Below are positions 1-8,327 of a stretch of 43,444 nt of DNA, in pieces. The stretch comes from an uncultured Clostridia bacterium. Lineage in GTDB: Bacteria; Bacillota; Clostridia; Oscillospirales; CAG-272. The notes under the pieces were generated by a model. That model saw only the letters and a program-made list of their open reading frames with translations. It did not search any database and had not been told where the DNA came from. Position 1 is the stretch's first letter; the number at the start of each line of letters is the position of its first letter. The stretch is taken from NCBI GenBank assembly GCA_946618395.1, contig CAMOLD010000001.1, forward strand, positions 1 to 43,444, written 5' to 3'. The position numbers and the translations under genes were made by a program.

Positions 1-831
1 AACGGCGATCGTGCTGTTGGCGTCATTGCCGTTGCCGATGTTCCCAAGCCGGAAAGCTCACAGGCGATTGCCGAGCTCAAAGAGGCTGGCGTCCGCGTTG
101 TTCTTCTAACCGGGGATCATCCCCAAACTGCGGCGGCAGTAGCACAATCGGTCGGCATCAACGAGGTCATTGCCGAGGTCTTGCCGGAGGAGAAAGCCAA
201 CGTCATTCTTCGCCTGAAATCCGAGGGCGAAAAGGTTGCCATGGTAGGGGACGGCATCAACGATGCGCCCGCCTTAACAGCCGCGGACGTGGGACTTGCC
301 ATCGGGGCGGGGACCGACGTCGCCATTGATGCGGCGGACGTGGTGCTGGTTCAAAGCCGACTTTCTGACGTTCCGGCGGCACTTCGCATCGGCAAAAAGA
401 CGCTTCGCAACATCAAGGAAAATCTGTTCTGGGCGTTTTTCTATAACGTCATCGGCATTCCGCTTGCCGCGGGTGCATGGTATGCGTGGAAAGGCTGGCT
501 CTTAAATCCTATGTTCGGCGCGGCGGCAATGTCGCTTTCCAGCTTTTGCGTGGTTATGAACGCTTTGCGCCTCAATTTGATGCGCCTGCACTCAAATCCA
601 AAAATCAATGAAACAAAGAGGGAAGAAATTATGAAAGAAACCTTAACAATTGAAGGCATGATGTGCACACATTGCGAAATGCACGTCAAAAAGGCGTTGG
701 AGGCAATTCCAACGGTCGAAAGCGCACAGGTCAGCCATAAAGACGGCACCGCCGTTGTCATCCTTTCGGCGCCAACCGACCGCTCCGTTTTTCAAAAAGC
801 CATCGCCGATGCAGGCTATGAATTGAAATAA
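1..831 (+). CDS. Heavy-metal-translocating P-type ATPase (CopA-like), 3' part; the 5' end lies upstream of the window; carries a fused C-terminal HMA domain
   Basis: Frame 1 is open from base 1 (NGDRAVGVIAVADVPKPES..LLTGDHPQTA). It has the P-type hinge motif MVGDGINDAPALTAADVGLAIGAGTDVA and last TMs ending NALRLNLMRL, then MKETLTIEGMMCTHCEMHVKKALE (MxCxxC HMA fold) in the same frame. Confidence 0.9.
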   Translation, partial: NGDRAVGVIAVADVPKPESSQAIAELKEAGVRVVLLTGDHPQTAAAVAQSVGINEVIAEVLPEEKANVILRLKSEGEKVAMVGDGINDAPALTAADVGLAIGAGTDVAIDAADVVLVQSRLSDVPAALRIGKKTLRNIKENLFWAFFYNVIGIPLAAGAWYAWKGWLLNPMFGAAAMSLSSFCVVMNALRLNLMRLHSNPKINETKREEIMKETLTIEGMMCTHCEMHVKKALEAIPTVESAQVSHKDGTAVVILSAPTDRSVFQKAIADAGYELK

Positions 832-833
832 CC

Positions 834-866
834 AAAAAAAGAGAACCGCACGGTTCTCTTTTTTTG
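834..866 (+). terminator. Rho-independent terminator after the ATPase gene
   Basis: A-run, GAGAACC-GCAC-GGTTCTC stem-loop, then TTTTTTT. Confidence 0.7.
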
Positions 867-870
867 CGCA

Positions 871-893
871 AATTTGAGAAAAATTCTCAAATT
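871..893. promoter_or_regulatory. Perfect 10-3-10 palindrome AATTTGAGAA-AAA-TTCTCAAATT; candidate operator just upstream of the -35 box
   Basis: Read directly. The reverse complement of 871-880 equals 884-893. Confidence 0.55.
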
Positions 894-896
894 CTA

Positions 897-925
897 TTGA
901 CAAACAAAAATAAATATGATAAACT
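897..925 (+). promoter_or_regulatory. Sigma-A-type promoter of the Fur-family/transporter operon
   Basis: TTGACA (897-902), 17-bp spacer, TG-extended TAAACT (920-925). Confidence 0.55.
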
Positions 926-940
926 ATCCTTTGCTAAAAA

Positions 941-955
941 TGAGAACCTTTCTCA
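941..955. promoter_or_regulatory. Second palindrome TGAGAA-CCT-TTCTCA with the same half-site as 871-893; candidate operator downstream of the -10 box
   Basis: Read directly. It shares the TGAGAA/TTCTCA arms and 3-nt centre with the first palindrome. Confidence 0.5.
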
Positions 956-973
956 AATATAAAGGAAGTAGAA

Positions 974-1381
974 ATGAAACAATACAAAACCGAGGGAAGA
1001 GAAAAACTCATCTCTTTTCTTTCTCAAAATCCAGACCGGCATTTCACCGCCGAGGAAATCTGCCTGGCGGTCCATGGCGGAAAAGCGGCGCAAAGCAGCG
1101 TTTACCGGCATTTGACCGAGCTTTGCTCCGGTGAGGTCGTGCGCAAGTTCCGCGATGAACAAACGGCAAAAATTCGCTACCAGTATGTTGGCAAGACCTG
1201 CGATTGCCGCAACCATTTCCATGCCAAGTGCACGGTTTGCGGAACCATTGAGCATCTTGACTGCGGCGATTCCATGGGCTTTGCCAGCCACCTGTTGGAG
1301 GAGCACGGTTTTTCCATTGACTGTGGTCAATCCCTTTTATACGGTGTGTGCGCCGCCTGCAGAAAAGGGGCAAGAGCATGA
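974..1381 (+). CDS. Fur-family metal-responsive transcriptional repressor
   Basis: 135 aa. Winged-helix region (SSVYRHLTELCSGEVV), HFHAKCTVCG (HxHxxCxxCG) and a second C-terminal CxxC (GVCAACRK). SD AAGGAAG lies before the ATG. Confidence 0.8.
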   Translation: MKQYKTEGREKLISFLSQNPDRHFTAEEICLAVHGGKAAQSSVYRHLTELCSGEVVRKFRDEQTAKIRYQYVGKTCDCRNHFHAKCTVCGTIEHLDCGDSMGFASHLLEEHGFSIDCGQSLLYGVCAACRKGARA

Positions 1382-2238
1382 TAGGAGTCATTCTGGATAC
1401 CCTTTTGGATACGGCAAAGCTTTTGCCGTTCCTCTATCTTGCCTATCTGTTCATGGAGTTTTTGGAGCACCATGCCGGCGGAAAAACCGAGCGCCTGCTG
1501 GCAAAATCGGGCAAAATCGCGCCGCTGTTCGGCGGATTGTTCGGTCTGGTTCCGCAGTGCGGCTTTTCGGCGGCAGCAAGCGAACTTTACGCCGGAAGAT
1601 TGATTACCACCGGAACGCTGGTTGCCGTTTTTCTTGCAACATCGGATGAAATGTTGCCCATCATGATCTCGCACGGCGTCTTTCCGTGGAAGCTCCTGCT
1701 TTCTAAACTGGTCGTCGGCATTTTGGCGGGGCTGTTGATTGATTTTGTCACCCGACTGTTCCGAAAGAATCACCCGGTTGCTGACGAAGGAAAAATTGAG
1801 GACATCTGCGAGCGTGAGCATTGCCAATGCGGCGATCATATCGCCCTTTCTGCGCTCAAACATACCCTGCGCATTGTGGCGTTTCTCTTGGTTGTCACCT
1901 TCCTTTTGAACACCGCCGTTCATTTCATTGGCGAGGAGCGGCTTGCCGCGTTTGTCGGCACGCGCCCCGTCCTTGCCAATCTGCTTTCCGCCATCATCGG
2001 GCTGATTCCCAACTGCGCTTCCAGCGTGGTGTTGACGGAGCTCTATTTGCAAGGCGTTTTGAGCGTTGGCGCACTTCTTTCCGGGCTGTTGGTCAATGCC
2101 GGCGTGGGTTTGTTGGTCCTCTTCCGCAATAACCGCCCGGTGCGCGATTCCTTCCGTGTGTTTGCCATTCTGTTCGGCGTCGGGTTGCTTGTCGGTTTGT
2201 TGGTTGACCTGACCCCGTTGCAAGCCGTATTACAATAA
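1378..2238 (+). CDS. Polytopic membrane protein, putative metal (Mn/heavy-metal) transporter of the ArsP_2/DUF2899 type
   Basis: The ATG at 1378 overlaps the Fur-gene stop (ATGA), implying translational coupling. N-terminus is MIGVILDTLLDTAKLLPFLYLAYLFMEFLEHH. It has multiple TM segments and a Cys/His-rich loop CEREHCQCGDH. Family assignment is from memory of the N-terminal signature. Confidence 0.6.
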   Translation: MIGVILDTLLDTAKLLPFLYLAYLFMEFLEHHAGGKTERLLAKSGKIAPLFGGLFGLVPQCGFSAAASELYAGRLITTGTLVAVFLATSDEMLPIMISHGVFPWKLLLSKLVVGILAGLLIDFVTRLFRKNHPVADEGKIEDICEREHCQCGDHIALSALKHTLRIVAFLLVVTFLLNTAVHFIGEERLAAFVGTRPVLANLLSAIIGLIPNCASSVVLTELYLQGVLSVGALLSGLLVNAGVGLLVLFRNNRPVRDSFRVFAILFGVGLLVGLLVDLTPLQAVLQ

Positions 2239-2244
2239 ATAAAG

Positions 2245-2272
2245 AAAAAACCGCGCGGCGCGCGGTTTTTTT
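2245..2272. terminator. Bidirectional rho-independent terminator between convergent genes
   Basis: AAAAAA-CCGCGCG-G-CGCGCGG-TTTTTTT. Confidence 0.75.
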
Positions 2273-2274
2273 CT

Positions 2275-2877
2275 TTATTTTCGCTTGAAAATTTCCAAAA
2301 TCTTAAAGCGGACTTTGTAAACCGGTTTTTCGTTTTCGGTAATGATTTTATACTGGCTGGGCGTCAGTCCGACCGAAATAAAGGTATCCTCCGCCTCTTT
2401 TTTGGAAACGGTTGCCGCCGCGCGGCAAATGGGGGGAAAGAGGCAGCACCACCAATTGTGCCCCTCGGCGTTTCCAATTAGAACGCGCATGGAAAGATAG
2501 GTTCCTGCGGGAAAGCAAAAACTGTCGTAGGTGCGCTCGGGGTATTCCTCTTCGTCAAATTCAATGGTCACCGGGTCGTCGTGTCCCTCTTTTTCCAAAA
2601 CGGCTTTTGCCGTTTGCGTTAATTCCGCAAGATGTTTGCGCAAAACCGCCTCCGCCTCATCTCTGTCGGCGCAGGCTTCCAAAAGCGGCGCGGTTTTTTC
2701 CAAAATCGCGTCCCGCACCTTCAATTTCAGCGCCTGATCCTCTTCGGTGTCCGAGTTTGCCAAAATGTGCAACCGGACGACCGAATCATAAACCTCTGCC
2801 TCTCCGTGAACGGGAAACAGACCAACAAACAAAAACAGGGAAACCACAACCAAAATCACGGCAAGTGTCTTTTTCAT
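2275..2877 (-). CDS. spoIIR: Stage II sporulation protein R
   Basis: Signal/TM segment MKKTLAVILVVVSLFLFV, then VVRLHILANSDTEEDQALKLKVRDAILE (SpoIIR signature). GGGAGGA SD precedes the ATG at 2877; the longer ORF start at 2910 lacks an SD. Confidence 0.85.
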   Translation of the reverse strand: MKKTLAVILVVVSLFLFVGLFPVHGEAEVYDSVVRLHILANSDTEEDQALKLKVRDAILEKTAPLLEACADRDEAEAVLRKHLAELTQTAKAVLEKEGHDDPVTIEFDEEEYPERTYDSFCFPAGTYLSMRVLIGNAEGHNWWCCLFPPICRAAATVSKKEAEDTFISVGLTPSQYKIITENEKPVYKVRFKILEIFKRK

Positions 2878-2969
2878 AAAAAATCCTCCCAAATCGGTTT
2901 GTTCCATCATGCACCGTTTGGGAGGGCTTTATTCAGTTTTGGGAAAAAATTTCCAAAAAAAGGAAACCG

Positions 2970-3347
2970 TCAGGGCTTTTCCGCGGGGGTGTCCTCTTCC
3001 TCCGGCTCGGAAATATCCAGGTTGTTCAAAATGGAGGCAATGTGCGCGCCATAGGCAATGGAGGTGTCGCGGTGGAAGGAAAGCTCAGGGGTAATGCGCA
3101 AATTCAGCGTGCGCGCAAGTTCGCGGCGAATGTAGCCGCTTGCAGCCTTCAACCCTTGCAAAACCTCTTTTTCATCTCCGGATAAAAAGGAGTAATAGAT
3201 TTTTGCATATTTCAAATCCGGAGTCACCTGGGCAGCGGTAACGCTTAAAAACGCGTCCTGCACGCGGGGGTCTTTCACGCCGCGCAAAATATTCATCAAT
3301 TCTTTCCGCATCTCTTCGTTAATGCGGTCTCTTCTGTATCTTCCCAT
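2970..3347 (-). CDS. rbfA: Ribosome-binding factor A
   Basis: RINEEMRKELMNILRGVKDPRV..SVTAAQVTPDLKYAKIYYS, with typical RbfA length and motif. Confidence 0.9.
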   Translation of the reverse strand: MGRYRRDRINEEMRKELMNILRGVKDPRVQDAFLSVTAAQVTPDLKYAKIYYSFLSGDEKEVLQGLKAASGYIRRELARTLNLRITPELSFHRDTSIAYGAHIASILNNLDISEPEEEDTPAEKP

Positions 3348-3382
3348 CGGTCAAAACAGCCTTTCTTTTGTTCGTGTTGCAG

Positions 3383-3409
3383 AAAAAAACGGCATACCGC
3401 CGTTTTTTC
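3383..3409 (-). terminator. Hairpin with flanking A/T runs after the small membrane-protein gene
   Basis: AAAAAACGGC-ATACC-GCCGTTTTTT. Confidence 0.5.
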
Positions 3410-3416
3410 GGGTATT

Positions 3417-3617
3417 TTATGCGTCCTCGCCGTCGTTAACTTCGGTCAGCTCTTCCATATCGGAAGTCTCTTCATCTTCCAAAAGTTCGCTTTCTTCTGC
3501 CGCTTGCAATTTTTTTGCCATATATTTTTTATAGAAGAAATAAGCAATCGCGGCAACCGCGGCAAACACCATCAAAAAAGATAACAACGAAGACATGCAG
3601 GATTTCTTTTCTTTCAT
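3417..3617 (-). CDS. Small membrane protein with an acidic C-terminal tail (hypothetical)
   Basis: MKEKKSCMSSLLSFLMVFAAVAAIAYFFY (one TM), then an E/D-rich tail. GGAGG lies 7 nt before the ATG at 3617. Confidence 0.6.
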   Translation of the reverse strand: MKEKKSCMSSLLSFLMVFAAVAAIAYFFYKKYMAKKLQAAEESELLEDEETSDMEELTEVNDGEDA

Positions 3618-3654
3618 ATTCAAATCCTCCTTTTTTCGGTCTGTTTTCAAGTAT

Positions 3655-3683
3655 AGTATATCATGGAATCCGGCTTTTTACAA
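3655..3683 (-). promoter_or_regulatory. Sigma-A-type promoter for the small membrane-protein gene
   Basis: Minus strand: TTGTAA, 17 bp, TATACT. Confidence 0.45.
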
Positions 3684-3732
3684 TACTTTTTCAAATTTTT
3701 TCTGCCTTTTCTCAAAAGAGCCCCGGTTTTTC

Positions 3733-3761
3733 TTGATTTTCGCAGGGATTTGTGGTAGGAT
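3733..3761 (+). promoter_or_regulatory. Candidate promoter for prmC
   Basis: TTGATT, 17 bp, TG-extended TAGGAT. Confidence 0.4.
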
Positions 3762-3794
3762 AATAGGGAAGTCTGCGCAAAAGGAGGGAATACC

Positions 3795-4628
3795 GTGACC
3801 TATCGGGAAATCGTTCAAAAATTGAAATCCGCAGGAATCGAAAACGCCGAGTGGGACGCTTTTTTGCTCGTGGAGCATTTTTGCCGTCTTTCCAGCGGTG
3901 CCGTTTTGAGCGCCCCGGAGCGGCAGCTTTTGTCTCCCGGGCTTTTGGAGGCGGTCGAGCGGCGCGCCGCCCGGTTTCCACTCCAATACCTGTTGGGGGA
4001 ATGGCAGTTTTATCAACAAACCTACAAGGTTTCTCCCGATTGCCTGATCCCGCGGCCGGATACCGAAATTTTGGTGGAGGAAGCAATCCGCAAGCTCCCC
4101 AAAGGGGCATTTTTTGCCGACCTGTGCACCGGCAGCGGGTGCATTGCCGTTTCAATCCTCTGCGAGCGAAAGGACACCACCGCTCTTGCGGTAGACCTTT
4201 CGGATGGGGCGTTGCAAATTGCCGCCGAGAACGCCGAACGCAACGGCGTGAGCGACCGGCTCTCCCTCCAAAAAGCCGATTTGCTGGAATCTTCCGCCGC
4301 GGATTGGACCGCAAATTTTTCCGCGCCGGCGGCAATCCTTTCCAATCCCCCCTATATCCGAACGGATGAACTTGCCCGCCTTTCGCCCGAGGTGCAAACC
4401 GAGCCGCGCATGGCGCTGGACGGAGGGGAAGACGGATTGATCTTTTACCGCGCCCTGCTCGCCCTATCCAAAAAATGGCTTGCTCCAAACGGCTTTTGTC
4501 TGTTTGAAATCGGCTATGATCAAGCGGCGGACCTTCAAAAGCTTGCCAAAAATCAATTTGCCGTTTGTCGCGTTTTGAAAGACCTTGGCAAAAACGACCG
4601 CGCGGTGCTGTTGGAAAAACAGATTTGA
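3795..4628 (+). CDS. prmC: Peptide chain release factor N5-glutamine methyltransferase
   Basis: GTG start after AAAGGAGGG. Motifs FPLQYLLGEWQFY, SAM motif DLCTGSGCIAV and the NPPYI catalytic motif. Confidence 0.88.
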   Translation: MTYREIVQKLKSAGIENAEWDAFLLVEHFCRLSSGAVLSAPERQLLSPGLLEAVERRAARFPLQYLLGEWQFYQQTYKVSPDCLIPRPDTEILVEEAIRKLPKGAFFADLCTGSGCIAVSILCERKDTTALAVDLSDGALQIAAENAERNGVSDRLSLQKADLLESSAADWTANFSAPAAILSNPPYIRTDELARLSPEVQTEPRMALDGGEDGLIFYRALLALSKKWLAPNGFCLFEIGYDQAADLQKLAKNQFAVCRVLKDLGKNDRAVLLEKQI

Positions 4629-4647
4629 GGCGGCTGTCATATACTGC

Positions 4648-4692
4648 ATGAGAGGAATCCCCACCGGGGCTCCTCTCATTTTTTGCTTTTTC
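4648..4692 (+). terminator. Rho-independent terminator after prmC
   Basis: ATGAGAGGA..TCCTCTCAT stem followed by TTTTTGCTTTTT. Confidence 0.65.
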
Positions 4693-4706
4693 GGGGGGGA
4701 AGGGGT

Positions 4707-5735
4707 ATGAAAATTGTGGTTTTGGCGGGCGGAAACAGCACCGAGCGTGAAGTGTCGATTTCTTCGGGCATCCGCGTTGCAAATGCCCTGCGCAAAAACG
4801 GACACCGGGTGCTTTTGTGCGATATTTGCAAAGGAATTTCCGCGATTCCGGACGATGTATCGGTTTTGTTCCGGCAAACGCCCGTTTCCGCGATGGAAGC
4901 CGAACATTTTTCGTCAAACACATTGCCTCAAAATTCGACGCTCATCGGGGAGAATGTTTTGGAGGTTTGCCGGGCGGCGGATGTTGTTTTTCTGGCGTTG
5001 CACGGCGGCGCCGGGGAGGATGGAAGCGTGCAGGCTTTTTTGGATTGCAACGGCATTTCCTATACCGGCAGTAACGCAACCGGCAGTATGCTCGCCATGG
5101 AGAAGGACTTATCCAAGCGACTTTTCTCTGCGGCTGGCGTTCCAACGCCCCCGTGGGCGCTTTATGACGTTGAAAAGGAAAGCTTCATAACACCGTTTGA
5201 AGCCATTGGCTACCCCTGCGTGGTCAAACCGGCAAACGGCGGTTCCAGCGTCGGCGTTTCCTTTGCGCAAACCGAACAAGAGCTTTTTCGGGCATTACAA
5301 AAGGCTTCGCTGTTGTGCCGGTATCTGCTGGTCGAGCGCAGAATCTACGGGCGCGAGCTTACAATCGGGGTTCTTGGCGAGCGGATTTTGCCACCGGTGG
5401 AAATTCTGCCGCCGGACGGCGTTTACGATTACGGCAACAAATATAACGGAAAAAGCATTGAAATCTGCCCGGCAAACCTCTCAAAAGCGGTGTCCTCCCG
5501 GCTGGGCGACTATGCCCGCCGCGCCTTTGACGCTCTGCGCTTGCGCGACTATGCAAGGTTTGATTTTTTGTTGGACGAAGAAGAAAACCTATGGTGTTTG
5601 GAGGGGAATACGCTGCCGGGCATGACGAAGACCAGCCTTTTTCCCAAGGAGGCGGAAACGGTCGGCATCTCCTATGCCGCTTTGTGCGAACTGTTGGTCA
5701 AAATGGCGGCTGAAAGAGCAACACCAACCCCTTAA
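4707..5735 (+). CDS. ddl: D-alanine--D-alanine ligase
   Basis: MKIVVLAGGNSTEREVSISSG, ALHGGAGEDGSVQAFLD, ATP-grasp body and EGNTLPGMT. The ATG at 4707 is chosen over the ORF-track start at 4683. Confidence 0.88.
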   Translation: MKIVVLAGGNSTEREVSISSGIRVANALRKNGHRVLLCDICKGISAIPDDVSVLFRQTPVSAMEAEHFSSNTLPQNSTLIGENVLEVCRAADVVFLALHGGAGEDGSVQAFLDCNGISYTGSNATGSMLAMEKDLSKRLFSAAGVPTPPWALYDVEKESFITPFEAIGYPCVVKPANGGSSVGVSFAQTEQELFRALQKASLLCRYLLVERRIYGRELTIGVLGERILPPVEILPPDGVYDYGNKYNGKSIEICPANLSKAVSSRLGDYARRAFDALRLRDYARFDFLLDEEENLWCLEGNTLPGMTKTSLFPKEAETVGISYAALCELLVKMAAERATPTP

Positions 5736-5744
5736 AAAACGGAC

Positions 5745-5773
5745 TTGACAAAAACATATAGTAGTGATATAAT
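5745..5773 (+). promoter_or_regulatory. Sigma-A-type promoter for the CapD-like gene
   Basis: TTGACA, 17 bp, TG-extended TATAAT. Confidence 0.6.
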
Positions 5774-5819
5774 AGTAAAAGGTCTGCTCTTCAATTTATG
5801 AAAAGAGAAGGATAACGAA

Positions 5820-7766
5820 ATGTTTAAGAAACCGTTGCGTATGCGCTACCGCAAAATGCTGTTGATGCTGTTTGACATTTTCTGCTTTGTGGTTGTTGCG
5901 GCATTGTATTATCTTACCACCAAAGTGGACAACAGAGTTCCAACGGACCCGGTCAAGGATTTTCTCATCAACTGTTTTGCATTGCTTGTATGGATCATGG
6001 TGATCCGCGTCATTACCGGCACCTATTTCAAGGTTTGGCGCTATACCAATACCGGCTCGCTTTTAATGTTGGCAATTTCGGATGCGCTCGGCGGAATTTT
6101 CGCCGCAATCACCTGCATTGTCGTTTTGCAAAGAATCGTCCTCACAACAACGCCCAGCATCTTGCCGTTCATTGTCATTTCATCGGTGAACGCGGTTTTA
6201 ACGCTGGCTTCCCGGTTCGTTTACCGGATTCTGTATAAGTATTTTGACAACAATCATGCTCCCGCGGAAGGAAAAAAGGTGCCAACCAACCGCATTCCTG
6301 TTGCCATCGTCGGCGCCGGACAAGTGGGCTATTCGCTCGTGCACGAGCTGTTTTCGGGCAGATACTCCAACTATAAGCCGCTGTTCTTTATCGATAACAA
6401 TACCGCAAAGGTCGGCAGCTATGTGGCAAATCTGAAGGTCTATCCCGAAAACGAGGAAGTGCTGGATCTGATCCGCGAGCAGGGCGTTGCCGAGATTTTC
6501 ATTGCGGTCACCGGGTTGGATGACGCAAAGGCGACAAACCTGTATCATTTTTATAAACGCACCTCCTGCAAAATCAAAATTTATGATACCGAAATGCGCG
6601 ATATGGGTGAAAAATCCGGACCGCGCAAACTGCGTGAATTCCGCATCGAGGATCTGCTGTTCCGCAAATCCATCCACTTTTTGGAAGGGGAAGCGCGGGG
6701 TTTTTACACCGGAAAGGTCGTTATGGTCACCGGTGGCGGCGGCTCTATCGGTAGCGAGCTCTGCCGTCAGGTCGCGGCGTGCGAACCCAAACAGCTCATC
6801 ATTTTGGATATTTACGAGAACAATGCCTATGACATTCAGCAGGAATTGACCTTCCAATACGGCAACCGGCTGGATTTGCGCGTAGTCATTGCCTCTGTTC
6901 GCGATCGGGCGCGGATGGAAGCCGTCTTCTCGGAGTTCCGCCCGCAAATCGTTTTCCATGCCGCCGCGCATAAACACGTGCCGCTCATGGAGAACAACTC
7001 CTGCGAGGCAATCAAAAATAACGTTTTCGGAACCAACAATACCGCCGACATGGCGGAAAAATACGGCGCCCAGAAGTTCATTCTCATCTCCACAGATAAA
7101 GCGGTCAACCCCACCAACATTATGGGCGCATCCAAGCGCCTGTGCGAAATGGTTGTGCAGTGCCGCAAGGATAGCAAAACCGCCTTTGCCGCGGTTCGCT
7201 TCGGCAATGTGCTGGGCTCCAACGGCTCGGTCATTCCGCTGTTCCGCAAACAAATCGAGCAGGGCGGACCGGTCACCATCACCGACCGCCGCATCATCCG
7301 CTATTTTATGACCATTCCGGAGGCAAGCCAGCTGGTCATGCAGGCGGGCGCCATGGCAAAGAGCGGCGAGCTCTTCGTTTTGGATATGGGCAAGCCGGTT
7401 TTGATCTATGATCTTGCCGTCAACATGATCCGCCTGTCCGGATTTGCCCCCGGCAAAGATATCGAAATTAAAGAGATTGGTCTGCGCCCGGGTGAAAAGC
7501 TTTACGAAGAGCTTTTGATGAAGACCGAGAACCTGGACAAGACCGAGAACAATCTGATCTTTATCGAGCGCGACCAGCCGCTTTCCCGCAAGGAATTGCA
7601 GGCAAAGCTGAACCTTTTGGAGCGGGTGGTCAAAGAAACGCAGGGGAAAGTCAACGCGGCGGAAATCAAGCGCGCGGTCAAAGAGGTGGTGCCTACCTTC
7701 CGCGATCCCGAGGAGGTCAACCGCAACGCCTCCGAGTCGGAGGAAATGAAACTCTGCCAAAAATAA
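5820..7766 (+). CDS. Membrane-anchored polysaccharide biosynthesis protein, CapD/PglF/WbpM-type nucleotide-sugar 4,6-dehydratase
   Basis: Four N-terminal TM helices, two Rossmann motifs (VGAGQVG, VTGGGGSIGSEL), HAAAHKHVPLME and STDKAVNPTNIMGASKR. Confidence 0.85.
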   Translation: MFKKPLRMRYRKMLLMLFDIFCFVVVAALYYLTTKVDNRVPTDPVKDFLINCFALLVWIMVIRVITGTYFKVWRYTNTGSLLMLAISDALGGIFAAITCIVVLQRIVLTTTPSILPFIVISSVNAVLTLASRFVYRILYKYFDNNHAPAEGKKVPTNRIPVAIVGAGQVGYSLVHELFSGRYSNYKPLFFIDNNTAKVGSYVANLKVYPENEEVLDLIREQGVAEIFIAVTGLDDAKATNLYHFYKRTSCKIKIYDTEMRDMGEKSGPRKLREFRIEDLLFRKSIHFLEGEARGFYTGKVVMVTGGGGSIGSELCRQVAACEPKQLIILDIYENNAYDIQQELTFQYGNRLDLRVVIASVRDRARMEAVFSEFRPQIVFHAAAHKHVPLMENNSCEAIKNNVFGTNNTADMAEKYGAQKFILISTDKAVNPTNIMGASKRLCEMVVQCRKDSKTAFAAVRFGNVLGSNGSVIPLFRKQIEQGGPVTITDRRIIRYFMTIPEASQLVMQAGAMAKSGELFVLDMGKPVLIYDLAVNMIRLSGFAPGKDIEIKEIGLRPGEKLYEELLMKTENLDKTENNLIFIERDQPLSRKELQAKLNLLERVVKETQGKVNAAEIKRAVKEVVPTFRDPEEVNRNASESEEMKLCQK

Positions 7767-7821
7767 TCTGCCGTAAAATCACCGCACCGGCAACCGGAAT
7801 ATAAAAAAGGAGTTGGAAAGT

Positions 7822-8196
7822 ATGCAACTACAGGAATCCGGCGAAATGTATTTGGAGTCCATCCTGGTCCTGTCCGAAAAGAAGGGCGCCGTCCGTTCCA
7901 TCGATGTTTGCGAATATATGGGTTTCAGCAAACCAAGCGTCAGCCGTGCCATCCATTTGTTGGAGGACGGCGGGTATTTGACGGTGGATGAAAAAGGATA
8001 CTTAAAATTGACCAATGTCGGCGCCGAGGTTGCAAAAAAGATCTATGAGCGCCACCGGGTCCTCACCGAAATCCTCTGCTATCTCGGGGTGGACCGCGAA
8101 ACCGCAACCGATGACGCCTGCCGGATAGAGCACGTCATCAGCGATACAACCTTCGAGGCGCTCAAAGCCCGCCTTTCCCATTTGAATTTGTTTTAA
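7822..8196 (+). CDS. DtxR/MntR-family metal-dependent transcriptional regulator (short form, no SH3-like domain)
   Basis: ESGEMYLESILVLS, SKPSVSRAIHLLEDGGYL and ERHRVLTEILCYLGVD..ACRIEHVIS. GGAG lies 10 nt before the ATG at 7822. Confidence 0.85.
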   Translation: MQLQESGEMYLESILVLSEKKGAVRSIDVCEYMGFSKPSVSRAIHLLEDGGYLTVDEKGYLKLTNVGAEVAKKIYERHRVLTEILCYLGVDRETATDDACRIEHVISDTTFEALKARLSHLNLF

Positions 8197-8199
8197 TGT

Positions 8200-8227
8200 A
8201 AAAAGCCGCCGAAAGGCGGCTTTTTTG
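8200..8227 (+). terminator. Rho-independent terminator
   Basis: AAAAAGCCGCC-GAAA-GGCGGCTTTTTT. Confidence 0.8.
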
Positions 8228-8327
8228 CAAGAAAAAAACTTTTTCCTTCATTTATCCCCCATTTTCATAAAAAGACTTTTTTGGGAATAGATAATAAAAA
8301 AGAACTTTTCAAAAGGGGGAGCGGCTT

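Noticed and set aside
2878-2969. Possible sigma-F-type promoter (TGCATG .. GGGAGGATTT) in front of spoIIR.
   Set aside because: The spacer is about 17 nt rather than about 15. The putative -10 is the SD itself, which would leave no 5' UTR. spoIIR is more likely served by a promoter I cannot identify or by read-through from rbfA.
6198-7760. 520-aa ORF antisense to the CapD-like gene. Similar long antisense ORFs occur at 1327-2223, 3712-4923, 14162-15649, 15457-16641, 17087-18226, 27480-28613, 32924-34912 and 39727-40743.
   Set aside because: Each lies exactly opposite a gene with unmistakable conserved motifs. Their translations are low-complexity (R/G/A/H/Q-rich) and lack SD sequences. They are the usual shadow ORFs produced by codon bias in GC-rich coding DNA.
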